Source: a virus | Lineage: Duplodnaviria > Caudoviricetes | Direction: 5' to 3' (one strand) | Length of the DNA stretch: 50,244 bases | Virus record (IMG/VR): IMGVR_UViG_3300032212_000015 | Span: 1 to 50,244 of that record | Shown here: one piece after another, positions 1 through 8,622 of the stretch | Numbering within the stretch: the first letter of the stretch is position 1 | How the letters are laid out: each line of letters opens with the position of its first letter | Notes under the pieces: model-generated | The model's input: the letters and a program-made list of their open reading frames with translations, nothing else | Told to the model about the DNA's origin: nothing | Databases searched by the model: none | Made by a program: the position numbers and the translations under genes

Positions 1-1894
1 AACCAGTAGATCCAGTTGGGCCGCGTCCTACACCGTTAAATGATTCATTATTAGTGATTATCCCTCTAACCCATAAGCGAACATTGTCGTATACTGCAAC
101 CGTCACCCCTGCGTTAACAGTTAAATTTCCAAGATGATATATGTTTTTAGGTGTTGCTGCGCCGGTTAGTGAACAATTTGTAATTATTGTATTACCTGAT
201 AGCGCCGCGCCGATTTCAGTTGATAATGATGTCCAACCTTTGCCTGAGCCATCGTAATAAGAGTCTGGCAAGACATAAGCACTTGTAAAAGTCGCATAAG
301 GTGGGATTTCGCTTGATGAAGCTTGAAAGGTGCAATCAATCTCGCCACTTAATAAATCCCTTGATGTTTTAGTCACCTTCATCGACCTGGAAAGTCTATG
401 CGGTAAGACAGAGGTATCCATTGCAAAATCGACTAAGGTTTCCAGATAAATATACGGCGTGTCACCGACTTCTATATCGCCGCTATTAGGTAACAACTTA
501 GCTTTAAATTTCCATTGTGGATAAACCTTATCACTTGCCCATAGGTCAATTAAATTGGCAATAGTTTCATCCGTGTAATTATTAGCGAAAACGCCTCTAA
601 ATTTTTTCTCTTCAAAGTCTGTTTCTTGGTGTTTTGCAATACTATCTGTGTAAACTAAGGTGGTTGTTAGTTGATAGTCTTGTCTGTACTCTGACCAGTG
701 CCACTTAATACGATATTTATTTTTTAAATTTTTAAAATCATACTCTAAAGCACCATGCGACATTATCCGTTCACTAGTAATGAAAGTATCACGAATAAAA
801 TTTGGCAGGATTGCTACATTTCTTTTTAACCCGTGTGATCCGTCGGAATAAACCGGCATAAAGCAACCGATCATCGGAAGCAGTTCTTCTTCTATAAACT
901 CCTTTGCGTTAATATTTCGCAATCCCATGAAGCGACAAATAACACCTTTGCTATCGTCGGTCGTATCCCATAGGTCATCGCCAATACCTGTAAAATCATC
1001 GGCAGTGACATAAGTCGCATCTAACGTTAAACACCAGCCAGGAGGCAAGGTTTTCCCCGTTTGGCCATACAAGCCACCCAATTGAACGGCATACAATAAT
1101 TTAACGACCGGCAATTCCAAGTAAACGAATTCTTCTACTTTTGGTTGTCGGTTTAACTCTCTACCTGAATCGATTTGATGCTCTACTGCGACGGTTTGAA
1201 ATAAACCACGACCGCCTGTGTCAATGGTTAAGTAATCGCTTGTCCCATCTGACCCGACACCACTACAGCGAATTATTTCGTCTTCGATTTTCACATAAAA
1301 TACTTCTTGATTTGGCGCATCTGAATAACTTGAGCCGTGATCAACCAAGGAGTAAACCGAGTTATCGCCGACGCGAATTAAACTCGTTTCTGTAGCACTA
1401 AGGGTTGCATAAAGATTTGAGAAAGTTTCGGGAAATAGTTTTTTATCTTTTGCTATACGCTGAATGTCTTCTGACTTTAACGTATAAACTTTATCTTGAT
1501 AGGAAAGTGAACCTATTGCGGCGGTGGCTTCAATTTCATAATCACCCCATACCATTCCTTTAAAGCCAGAATAAACACGGACTCGTTTTAAACGAATCCC
1601 TTTATCTGCTTCTAGCTTTGTTTTTAATTTGTCGGATAGAGCACCAGCATTATCAAGAAATTTAAGCGTAATGCCACCTATTCCTGCAATCTCTTTCAGC
1701 TCTTGAGAGATGGCCGACCCACTTATAAGTGAATTAGCGAGAATATCGGCGCTTACTGGATAGGCCGAATCTGTGTGTGAAAGGATATATACAGGATCGG
1801 TAAAATCTGATGCAAAGTCTACGCGCACAGTAAATCGTGGCTCTCGACTTGCTGCTAGCATATGAGCCGAATATGAGTCGTTCAGGTTTCTCAT
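1..1894 (-). CDS. tail-tip/host-specificity protein, copy A (N-terminal ~631 codons; runs off the window start)
   Basis: Not in the ORF track because it is truncated. ATG at 1894 overlaps the stop of 1891..2307 (ATGA). Colinear with 35528..37421 at a constant offset of 35527. Confidence 0.93.
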   Translation of the reverse strand, partial: MRNLNDSYSAHMLAASREPRFTVRVDFASDFTDPVYILSHTDSAYPVSADILANSLISGSAISQELKEIAGIGGITLKFLDNAGALSDKLKTKLEADKGIRLKRVRVYSGFKGMVWGDYEIEATAAIGSLSYQDKVYTLKSEDIQRIAKDKKLFPETFSNLYATLSATETSLIRVGDNSVYSLVDHGSSYSDAPNQEVFYVKIEDEIIRCSGVGSDGTSDYLTIDTGGRGLFQTVAVEHQIDSGRELNRQPKVEEFVYLELPVVKLLYAVQLGGLYGQTGKTLPPGWCLTLDATYVTADDFTGIGDDLWDTTDDSKGVICRFMGLRNINAKEFIEEELLPMIGCFMPVYSDGSHGLKRNVAILPNFIRDTFITSERIMSHGALEYDFKNLKNKYRIKWHWSEYRQDYQLTTTLVYTDSIAKHQETDFEEKKFRGVFANNYTDETIANLIDLWASDKVYPQWKFKAKLLPNSGDIEVGDTPYIYLETLVDFAMDTSVLPHRLSRSMKVTKTSRDLLSGEIDCTFQASSSEIPPYATFTSAYVLPDSYYDGSGKGWTSLSTEIGAALSGNTIITNCSLTGAATPKNIYHLGNLTVNAGVTVAVYDNVRLWVRGIITNNESFNGVGRGPTGSTG

Positions 1895-1908
1895 AAATTA
1901 GCGTTATA
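1..1908. repeat. ~1.9-kb diverged direct repeat, copy 1 (copy 2 = 35528..37435)
   Basis: Direct alignment by eye: same offset at both ends, so no net indel; first 127 nt identical; mismatches mostly at third codon positions. Confidence 0.97.
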
Positions 1909-2307
1909 GATTACATTAAATGAAATGGTGAAGTAATCTGTCGATCCTTCTCGATTAAAAGAAGGATTACCATCTAGAATTACTGATTGAACATTGTCAG
2001 GACTAGCGTTAGCTCCATAGACATCAAGAGAAAAAGATTCGCCATTTCTGACGCTAGATAAAAACTCTCGCCAGTTGTCCCATTCAGTTGATCCTCTTAA
2101 AACATATTCTGAAGTAATAGCCCAACCTTCATCGTGACTATAAACAGTGGTTTGTGTTTTCCCGTTTATAGCTCTTGATGTTCGCTTGTCTGTTTTCCAT
2201 GTCTCATTAGCTTGAATTACATTGAAATCAAAATTATAACCAGTACCAGCACTATGGCCGCTTCGGATATATCCTCTATCTTCAGCGGTATAAGAGACAT
2301 TACTCAT
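1891..2307 (-). CDS. distal/minor tail protein, module A
   Basis: Lies between tape measure and tail tip. Homologous to 37418..37840 (SGHxAG, GKTQTT, WxEFxxSVRxGE, NASP, YNANL). Confidence 0.7.
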   Translation of the reverse strand: MSNVSYTAEDRGYIRSGHSAGTGYNFDFNVIQANETWKTDKRTSRAINGKTQTTVYSHDEGWAITSEYVLRGSTEWDNWREFLSSVRNGESFSLDVYGANASPDNVQSVILDGNPSFNREGSTDYFTISFNVIYNANL

Positions 2308-3830
2308 GCTGCTATAATCCTCTCACGTCCGTTTTCTGTTGATAAAACGACTTGATCATTATTAACTGCCTCCCTAAAGCCTTTAGTCACGACAGTTGTT
2401 AACAACTCATCACCTAAATGAATATTTATCGTTTGTTCTGGAGTCTCTTGGCGCTGAATTTGGCTAGACGGTAAAGACTCGGTAGGCGCTGAAGGAGCTG
2501 CAAAACTACCCCCACCTGAAGAGCCTGGAGACATTGACCCTATGGCGTGTACTTTAGCAATCCCCGCCACAAAGACTGCCGCTGCTGCTGCAAAATTAAA
2601 AGGGGCGGGTACACTTGCTAATGTTTTCGTATAGGCTTGATATGTATTCATCATTGACTCGGTAATTGCTGCGGCTTGATGAACCTTAAATGCTTTCTTT
2701 GATTGGTCTTTAAAAATTGAGGTTAAACTAGTAGCGGCCGATGCTACATCGCTAAAAGATTGCAATTGAAGCTGTTTTCGTTTCTGTGCTTTGCCGGCTT
2801 CTTCTTTTTCTATTTTATCTAGGTATTTTATATGAAGATCAAACCATAACTTTTCAAAGCCTTCGATCTTGGCGCTGTTTTCAGAGAGAAAATCGAACTT
2901 TCGTTCCCATGACTCCCTCTCTAAGTCTTCCTTACTCTTAAGGAAATTTCTAATATTATCTAATTCTTTGCTTTCAAAAGTAGAGTCAAATCCTTTAGGC
3001 TTAAAGGTTAAATCAATTTCTATAGGCTCGAAAAACGCGAAGTTGGTGGACAACCAAGAATTTAACTCTACAAATCGATCTTTAACCCAAACAACTAAAT
3101 CAGTGATCTTTTCAGATACCCATTTAATAATAGGCGCAAAGGTTAAGGCAATTTGATTGCCTAAACCCTGGAATGATTGACCCATGTTATAAGCAGCATC
3201 GTTAGCCGCCTCAAATTGGGCTAAGTCAGTTCTAGAAAGTGCCGTTCCAAAGCGCTCTGTCTGTTCCGCTGCCTTTCTTATCGCTTCTGAGCCCTGATCT
3301 ATTAAAGGCGCTAAAGCTCTGGCCTCATCACCCATTAAAGCTGATATAGCCGCTAATTGTTCGCCTCTTGTATTTAATCCTTGAATTGCGTCGGCATAGG
3401 TTGCAAATAATTCTGAAGGGCTTTGCTCTTGCAGGTCTTGAATATTAAAGTTAAATCGCTCTAGCCATTGGTTAGCCGCACCGCCACCGTTAGCCGCAAA
3501 CTCTCCAAGGCGTTTTTCGGCTTTTGTCAGCGCTTCAGCCATTGAATTTAAACCGGCACTAGTGTAAAGCTGTGTTGCTTGATTTAAAGCAGCTAAATCT
3601 TTAGTAGCAATTTGAAGCTTGTCGGATTGTTTTGCTAAAGCGTCACCCGCTGCAAACGATTGTTTAATGAGATAACCAAAGCCGCCAACACCAGCCAAAG
3701 CACCAATAGCAATAGTCGCTTTTTTGACAGTCCTGCCAAAGCCATCAAGTTTTTTATTTGCTTTATCGATACCTTCTACGAACTTGGCTGTATTAGTTCG
3801 TATATCAACAGCAACTACGCCTAATGTCAT
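2304..3830 (-). CDS. tail tape measure protein, module A (508 aa)
   Basis: Ala-rich helical protein after the chaperone genes; N-terminus LGVVAVDIRTNTAKF is typical of tape measures. Confidence 0.88.
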   Translation of the reverse strand: MTLGVVAVDIRTNTAKFVEGIDKANKKLDGFGRTVKKATIAIGALAGVGGFGYLIKQSFAAGDALAKQSDKLQIATKDLAALNQATQLYTSAGLNSMAEALTKAEKRLGEFAANGGGAANQWLERFNFNIQDLQEQSPSELFATYADAIQGLNTRGEQLAAISALMGDEARALAPLIDQGSEAIRKAAEQTERFGTALSRTDLAQFEAANDAAYNMGQSFQGLGNQIALTFAPIIKWVSEKITDLVVWVKDRFVELNSWLSTNFAFFEPIEIDLTFKPKGFDSTFESKELDNIRNFLKSKEDLERESWERKFDFLSENSAKIEGFEKLWFDLHIKYLDKIEKEEAGKAQKRKQLQLQSFSDVASAATSLTSIFKDQSKKAFKVHQAAAITESMMNTYQAYTKTLASVPAPFNFAAAAAVFVAGIAKVHAIGSMSPGSSGGGSFAAPSAPTESLPSSQIQRQETPEQTINIHLGDELLTTVVTKGFREAVNNDQVVLSTENGRERIIAA

Positions 3831-4138
3831 TTAAAAGCCGCCTTTAATTTTCCAATTAAGGATTTTTTAGAGTCTTTTGGTTTTTCGGTGAAAGGCATAA
3901 AATCAAGTGGGTTAAAAGTTTTTTGATTTTTGCCGCGATAACGATTTGCGCTCATAGCTAATACTTGAGCTATCATATAATCATTTCTATCTTGAGTAAT
4001 CGGGCTTACTGCGTGGTAAGCCATCCATTCGGTAAGCTCTTTACTTGATACCCGCTCTAATAATTCTTCTACTGTGCAGCCTAACCTTAAAGCCAGGTCA
4101 AAATAGAATTGATACTCAGAACGGGTTTTTAGTTTTTT
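3827..4138 (-). CDS. tail assembly chaperone, -1 frame extension (gpT-like)
   Basis: The -1 frame is open from the slippery site: KLKTRSEYQFYFDLALRLGCTVEELLERVSSKELTEWMAYH..., continuing into track ORF 3827..4024. Confidence 0.85.
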   Translation of the reverse strand, partial: KKLKTRSEYQFYFDLALRLGCTVEELLERVSSKELTEWMAYHAVSPITQDRNDYMIAQVLAMSANRYRGKNQKTFNPLDFMPFTEKPKDSKKSLIGKLKAAFK

Positions 4139-4479
4139 TCTATATCTCCCTGAGAATTTTCAGAAAGTCCATTTACATCTAATGAAGCACTTACTATGCT
4201 ATCGATAATAGTCCCGTCTATTGTTAGTATTTCATCAAGTTCGTTTTCTGAAAAAACAGGACTTCCGTCTTTATTTACCACCGACATTGCAACTATTAAT
4301 GCATTACTTTTTTGGCCTGTCTTGCCTGTTTCATCTTTTTGATTTTGAAATTCCTCATTCATAGAAACATAGTGAGCACGATCTTTACCGCTAAATACTT
4401 TTATAAATACCGGCTCATCTGCTCCAACGTCACGTTCAACAGGTTGTCTTTTCTTTAATAATGAATCTCTTATGCCCAT
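4129..4479 (-). CDS. tail assembly chaperone (gpG-like), module A
   Basis: Position after the tail tube; ends EKN* at the slippery site. Confidence 0.85.
   Translation of the reverse strand: MGIRDSLLKKRQPVERDVGADEPVFIKVFSGKDRAHYVSMNEEFQNQKDETGKTGQKSNALIVAMSVVNKDGSPVFSENELDEILTIDGTIIDSIVSASLDVNGLSENSQGDIEKN
4132..4138 (-). other. programmed -1 frameshift heptamer A AAA AAC
   Basis: GAA AAA AAC TAA ends the chaperone ORF and the -1 frame is open downstream. Confidence 0.85.
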
Positions 4480-4874
4480 GCCGTGATACTCGTAACGTCA
4501 ATTGTTACTGAACCAGTTAACTCAGCTTCAGAGCCGCCACTTTGTGAAAAATTCGTGATATAACCTGAAAAAGCTAGTGTGTCAGCGGTTGGGCCAGTGA
4601 TAACGATTTGAAAGTTTCTTAGCGTTTTGGCTAGCATGTCTGTTGTTATTTGCGCATGTTGTGTATCGTCGGGATCAAATACTAATTCTAATGTCGCCTC
4701 ACCGATATCAATCGTAGAAGGCGTTTTAGTTGGGCCGCTTGAACCAATGAAAAATTGCTTTAAAACATTAACCGTTTTAGATGGTGCTGAAAATCCCGTA
4801 ACTTGACCGATTGTGTCGAAGCTCACCCCGTTGTCGATTTGAAAACTTACGTCTTCACCTGAATAAACAGACAT
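4470..4874 (-). CDS. tail tube/major tail protein, module A (134 aa)
   Basis: Position; beta-rich with IGQVTGFSAP, DIGEATLELVFDP and FSGYITNF motifs typical of siphophage tubes. Confidence 0.85.
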   Translation of the reverse strand: MSVYSGEDVSFQIDNGVSFDTIGQVTGFSAPSKTVNVLKQFFIGSSGPTKTPSTIDIGEATLELVFDPDDTQHAQITTDMLAKTLRNFQIVITGPTADTLAFSGYITNFSQSGGSEAELTGSVTIDVTSITAWA

Positions 4875-4883
4875 TTTTCTCTC

Positions 4884-5249
4884 CTATTCTGTAAACCATA
4901 TACGAAACTCTAATAAAACCCGATAATTATTAGAGTCATCATCAAAATCGAAATCTTGATCGAAAATTAAAACTGATCTCAAGTTTGATGCTTTCACCGC
5001 TTCTTTTACTGCCTCCGCAAGCGCTTTTACTTGCGTGTAAGTCGATGAATAAACATCTATTTGAAATCTCCCGTTAGTTGTGCCCATCTCCCCGTCTAAT
5101 CCATTCACAGACAATCCGGTTATGCGTCGATAAACAACATAAGGGAAAGCGGTATTTTGTGGCGCTTTAACAGGGTATATTTTCGTTGACACAAGGGCAC
5201 TTACACCGGAATCATTAACCAGTGCAGAATATAAATTTTGCTCGCTCAT
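4884..5249 (-). CDS. tail terminator/completion protein (DUF3168-like)
   Basis: IYPxxAPQ..FPYVVY and RFQIDVYS motifs; position. Confidence 0.85.
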   Translation of the reverse strand: MSEQNLYSALVNDSGVSALVSTKIYPVKAPQNTAFPYVVYRRITGLSVNGLDGEMGTTNGRFQIDVYSSTYTQVKALAEAVKEAVKASNLRSVLIFDQDFDFDDDSNNYRVLLEFRIWFTE

Positions 5250-5692
5250 TTGAGTTTTTTAACTTCTCTGTCGATACCTTTTAGAATACGCTCTCTAATT
5301 CGCTTCACCGCAAAGTATCGCTTTGATTCATAGGCAGGTCTAAGCCAAGGTTTAGCACTCATTTTCGACGTGCCAAATTCTAAAAATGCGCCGTAATAAG
5401 CGAATTTAAGTGTCTTCACTAAAAAACTGAATACATTCTTTGGGACTCTTTTATTTCTAATAAGCCCTATATTCTTCTTTAAATAACCAGGATACCGATA
5501 GCCTTTTGCTTTAGATTTTCCAGCCCTCTTTAATTTACCATCCTGTCTAACTGGAACATTTCGTTGCGCTTCTTTTTTAACAATGTTTGCGCCTGCTCTA
5601 GTTGCTCCCCTTACGACGCGTCTTTGTACGTTCCCAGGTAATGATTTTAATTTTTTTTGTACTTCTTTTAAGCCTTCGATCTTAATCGACAT
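5246..5692 (-). CDS. HK97 gp10-like tail component
   Basis: Basic protein with YYGAFLEFGTSKMSAKPWLRPA. Confidence 0.88.
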   Translation of the reverse strand: MSIKIEGLKEVQKKLKSLPGNVQRRVVRGATRAGANIVKKEAQRNVPVRQDGKLKRAGKSKAKGYRYPGYLKKNIGLIRNKRVPKNVFSFLVKTLKFAYYGAFLEFGTSKMSAKPWLRPAYESKRYFAVKRIRERILKGIDREVKKLK

Positions 5693-6002
5693 TTTCAGTG
5701 CACATCATTTCGATATAACGGCTTCTTTCATCTATATTAATAACCGTTTCAATGTCGAATACTCTAGAATCATAAGAAATACGCATTTTTGTTGTTATTC
5801 CAGACAAGTATCTGGTTTTTATTTTATGCGTTACTTCGCTTTGTACTGACTCAGCATTGAAATATTCTTTGCCACTTATAGGCTTAATTTCAGCCCACAC
5901 TGTATTATAGGTAGACCATGCTTCAGAGACTTCACCAAACGAATTTTTGGTTTCTGTCACTTGTTGAATAGTGATCTGTTTATTTAATCTACCAGCAATC
6001 AA
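5682..6002 (-). CDS. head closure/head-tail adaptor (SPP1 gp16-like)
   Basis: AGRLNKQITIQ, VWAEIKPISGKEYF, MRISYDSRVFDI motifs. Confidence 0.88.
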   Translation of the reverse strand: MIAGRLNKQITIQQVTETKNSFGEVSEAWSTYNTVWAEIKPISGKEYFNAESVQSEVTHKIKTRYLSGITTKMRISYDSRVFDIETVINIDERSRYIEMMCTENVD

Positions 6003-6544
6003 AATTTGGCCAGCTTATAAGGAAAAATTAATGATTTATAGGCAGCTTTAATGCCTTCCAGCTCTTTTGGGTAATGACCGCCGTATAACTCCTCTATTTT
6101 TAACTTAACTGCATGTATTAAAGAAGGAGGTATAGAAGAATATCCACAGATAAATTGTATCTCTATTGCATTAGCACGATCATAAATAGACGGCCAACTT
6201 TGATTGTTAGCTAGTAAAATTTTCCCAGGATCACTACTTGAATCAACATCGTAAACACTTGTCGCTAGTGTTTGCTGTACATTATCAGTATCGTAATACT
6301 TTACGTGTGTTACAGATTGTAATTGACCAAATGGAAGCTCTATATCTTCAAATAAATCTAGAAATAGATTCCATGCCTGTGCATAAAGCTTTCGCCTTGT
6401 ATCGTTTTCTACTTGCGCTGTAGATGTCTTAATTAAATTAAGAATTAACGCATCTTCCGAAGTCCCGCTAACGCGCAAATGATCCTTTGCCTGTTGTAGT
6501 GTTACGGGATAACCCGAAGGATTACTTACTAGTACGCTTGGCAT
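5999..6544 (-). CDS. head-tail connector (gp6-like)
   Basis: PVTLQQAKDHLRV...EDALI motif. Confidence 0.88.
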   Translation of the reverse strand: MPSVLVSNPSGYPVTLQQAKDHLRVSGTSEDALILNLIKTSTAQVENDTRRKLYAQAWNLFLDLFEDIELPFGQLQSVTHVKYYDTDNVQQTLATSVYDVDSSSDPGKILLANNQSWPSIYDRANAIEIQFICGYSSIPPSLIHAVKLKIEELYGGHYPKELEGIKAAYKSLIFPYKLAKF

Positions 6545-6677
6545 TTGTTTTCTTTACTGGCTCTGCTAAACCTTTTTCAATGAAGCGCTTTGCTTCTGCT
6601 TCATCCATTTCAATCTCTTCACCGGCAGCATGTGAAAAATTTTCACCGGCAAGCGAAGTTAATAATTTCACTTTCAT
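6522..6677 (-). CDS. small capsid-adjacent protein (51 aa, MKVKLLTSLAGENFSHAAGEEIEMDEAEAKRFIEKGLAEPV...)
   Basis: Translated by hand, below the ORF-track cut-off; AGGTG RBS; typical small gene after an HK97-type capsid gene. Confidence 0.75.
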   Translation of the reverse strand: MKVKLLTSLAGENFSHAAGEEIEMDEAEAKRFIEKGLAEPVKKTNAKRTSK

Positions 6678-6688
6678 ATATCACCTAT

Positions 6689-6715
6689 AAAAAAGGGGCG
6701 CATTAAACGCCCCTT
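6689..6715 (-). terminator. intrinsic terminator after capsid A
   Basis: AAGGGGCG-N7-CGCCCCTT stem followed by a T run on the minus strand. Confidence 0.75.
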
Positions 6716-6719
6716 ATAG

Positions 6720-7907
6720 TTATACAGCCGCTTGAGTAAGTTTCTTAATTGCTGCGCTTAGTGTTACTTTTCCATCCATACGCTCGTACATGCGGAAGCC
6801 AACTTGACCATTAGCCGCATAAAGCTCATTAAGACGCTGTAAGACTCTATTACTTCTATCTGCGATAGTGTAGTAAGAAAGATCACCAAACAATACAGAA
6901 ACGTTAGTCGCAGCCATTGCAGGCATCGCGCTTGAAGCAACAACAGGACGACCAAGGATCATGTCTGGTTGGCCAGCTTGCAACCCAGGCTGCCATAAAT
7001 ATTGGCTATTGCCATCTTTAAGTTTACGCACTGCTTTCAACGTGGCATCAGCAGCAACCCATCGAGCGTTTCCACGATACATACGGCCCAAAGAATGGAA
7101 CAAATCAATAAGTTCATCAGCCGTGACCGCCGCAACCGCCGCCGCCGTAACGCCAGCAGAAGCACCAACCGTTAAGCCCGTTGGTTTTCCTGATCCATCA
7201 CCGGCAACAATGGCAGATTCCTCAGCAATACCAAAACGTTTACCAAAGTTCTCAGCAAGATAAGATTGAACATCGAAAAAAGCATCTTGAAGAAGCTCTT
7301 CAGAAACTTTAACGATGGTTCCTAGCTTATGAGCGCCTAAAACTACTTGACCAAATGCCGCATCTGACTCAGTGTAAGCCGCCTCTTCTGCTGTCCAAGT
7401 AGCTGTACCTAAAGTAGATTCGACAGGGATATTCCTATCTGATCCAGTTGAAATTACATTACAGTACTGTCGAAACTCGTTAATGTCTTGTAAAGCCGTT
7501 ACTAAGCTAGTTTCAAACTCAGTTGGAGTGATATATCCACCCTCTGAATCTGTACCAACTTGCAAAGCATTCAAAACACCAGAGTCTAAACTGTTAGAGC
7601 CGCGTCTAGCATACTTATCAAAGCTGTTTTTATACTCATCTGAGCCGAAAGCGTTCTTTTTATTTTCATTGCTTAGACCTGTATTGACGGAAGCGCTTAC
7701 AGGCTGATTAAGCTCACTTTCTAAATTAGACATCTTTTCAATTCGGTCAGCTTTATTTTTAAGCTCGCCTTGTTTAGTGTCTAACTTGTCAAATTGCTCT
7801 TGCTCTTCTGCATTTAGATCGCGCTTTTCACCATCTGCTTTTGAAAGCATTGCTTTCATCTGGTCAACGACTTGACCTCGTTCAAATAATACTTCGTTTA
7901 CGTTCAT
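6720..7907 (-). CDS. major capsid protein, HK97 family (N-terminal coiled-coil delta domain)
   Basis: GGYITPTEF, VSEELLQD, LKDGNSQYLWQP, ILGRPV, FGDLSYY motifs. Confidence 0.96.
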   Translation of the reverse strand: MNVNEVLFERGQVVDQMKAMLSKADGEKRDLNAEEQEQFDKLDTKQGELKNKADRIEKMSNLESELNQPVSASVNTGLSNENKKNAFGSDEYKNSFDKYARRGSNSLDSGVLNALQVGTDSEGGYITPTEFETSLVTALQDINEFRQYCNVISTGSDRNIPVESTLGTATWTAEEAAYTESDAAFGQVVLGAHKLGTIVKVSEELLQDAFFDVQSYLAENFGKRFGIAEESAIVAGDGSGKPTGLTVGASAGVTAAAVAAVTADELIDLFHSLGRMYRGNARWVAADATLKAVRKLKDGNSQYLWQPGLQAGQPDMILGRPVVASSAMPAMAATNVSVLFGDLSYYTIADRSNRVLQRLNELYAANGQVGFRMYERMDGKVTLSAAIKKLTQAAV

Positions 7908-7983
7908 CGTAAATTCCTCATATTTCAGGCATAAAAAAAACCTGCTTTCGCAGGCTGCTTGCAGGTTTCCACCTAATTGCTTT

Positions 7984-8622
7984 CTAGCAAATATCTAATA
8001 ATCTTGATTTAGCCGCTATCTTGAAGGGCGTAACTTGTTCTGGATGTTCGTGAATATGTTCTCTTGGCTTTTCAATGTCAGGCGCGTTTTTTACCCAAGG
8101 CTTAGACATGTTTAATACTTTACTTTCTTCTTCTGTCTGCTCGTCTGCAAAGCCTTTTTCGATTGATTCTTTAGCGGTTAGCCATGTTTCGGCATCCATC
8201 AATTCCGAAATTTCCGCCTCTTCGATTCCTGTACGATTCGCATAGGTTGTTACTATTGCGTCTTTCACTTTGTCGAGTCTCGCAGATACTTTTAGCATTT
8301 CTTGAGAATCACCTAAAGCGAACGTCCAAGGGTTATGAATCATTAACATAGCGTTATCAGCTAAATGGACTTTATTGCCTGCCATAGCGATTACACTAGC
8401 AGCAGAAGCCGCTAAACCATCGACTTTTACCGTTACATTCGAAGGATATTCTTTTAATAGGTTGTGGATGGTGTGACCGTGAAAGACATCACCGCCAACA
8501 CTGTTTATACGTACAGTTATATCGCCGGACATTCCGTTTAACTGCTCTTTCACCCAAGTATCGGTAATACCATCACCCCAATAATCAGGCCCAATATCAC
8601 CATAAATTATTAACTCGTTCAT
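7984..8622 (-). CDS. ClpP-type (S14) prohead protease, module A
   Basis: RINSVGGDV, DGLAASAASVIAMAG, LMIHNPW, ETWLTA. Confidence 0.93.
   Translation of the reverse strand: MNELIIYGDIGPDYWGDGITDTWVKEQLNGMSGDITVRINSVGGDVFHGHTIHNLLKEYPSNVTVKVDGLAASAASVIAMAGNKVHLADNAMLMIHNPWTFALGDSQEMLKVSARLDKVKDAIVTTYANRTGIEEAEISELMDAETWLTAKESIEKGFADEQTEEESKVLNMSKPWVKNAPDIEKPREHIHEHPEQVTPFKIAAKSRLLDIC

Noticed and set aside
1141-1395. 84-aa plus-strand ORF duplicated at 36668..36922
   Set aside because: Antisense shadow of the tail-tip gene. The differences between copies are mostly synonymous on the minus strand but change residues in this frame.
1-1908. Diversity-generating retroelement (TR/VR) or shufflon as the explanation for the repeat
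   Set aside because: No reverse transcriptase or invertase is present. The repeat is 1.9 kb, direct and N-terminal, and its mismatches are synonymous rather than adenine-specific.
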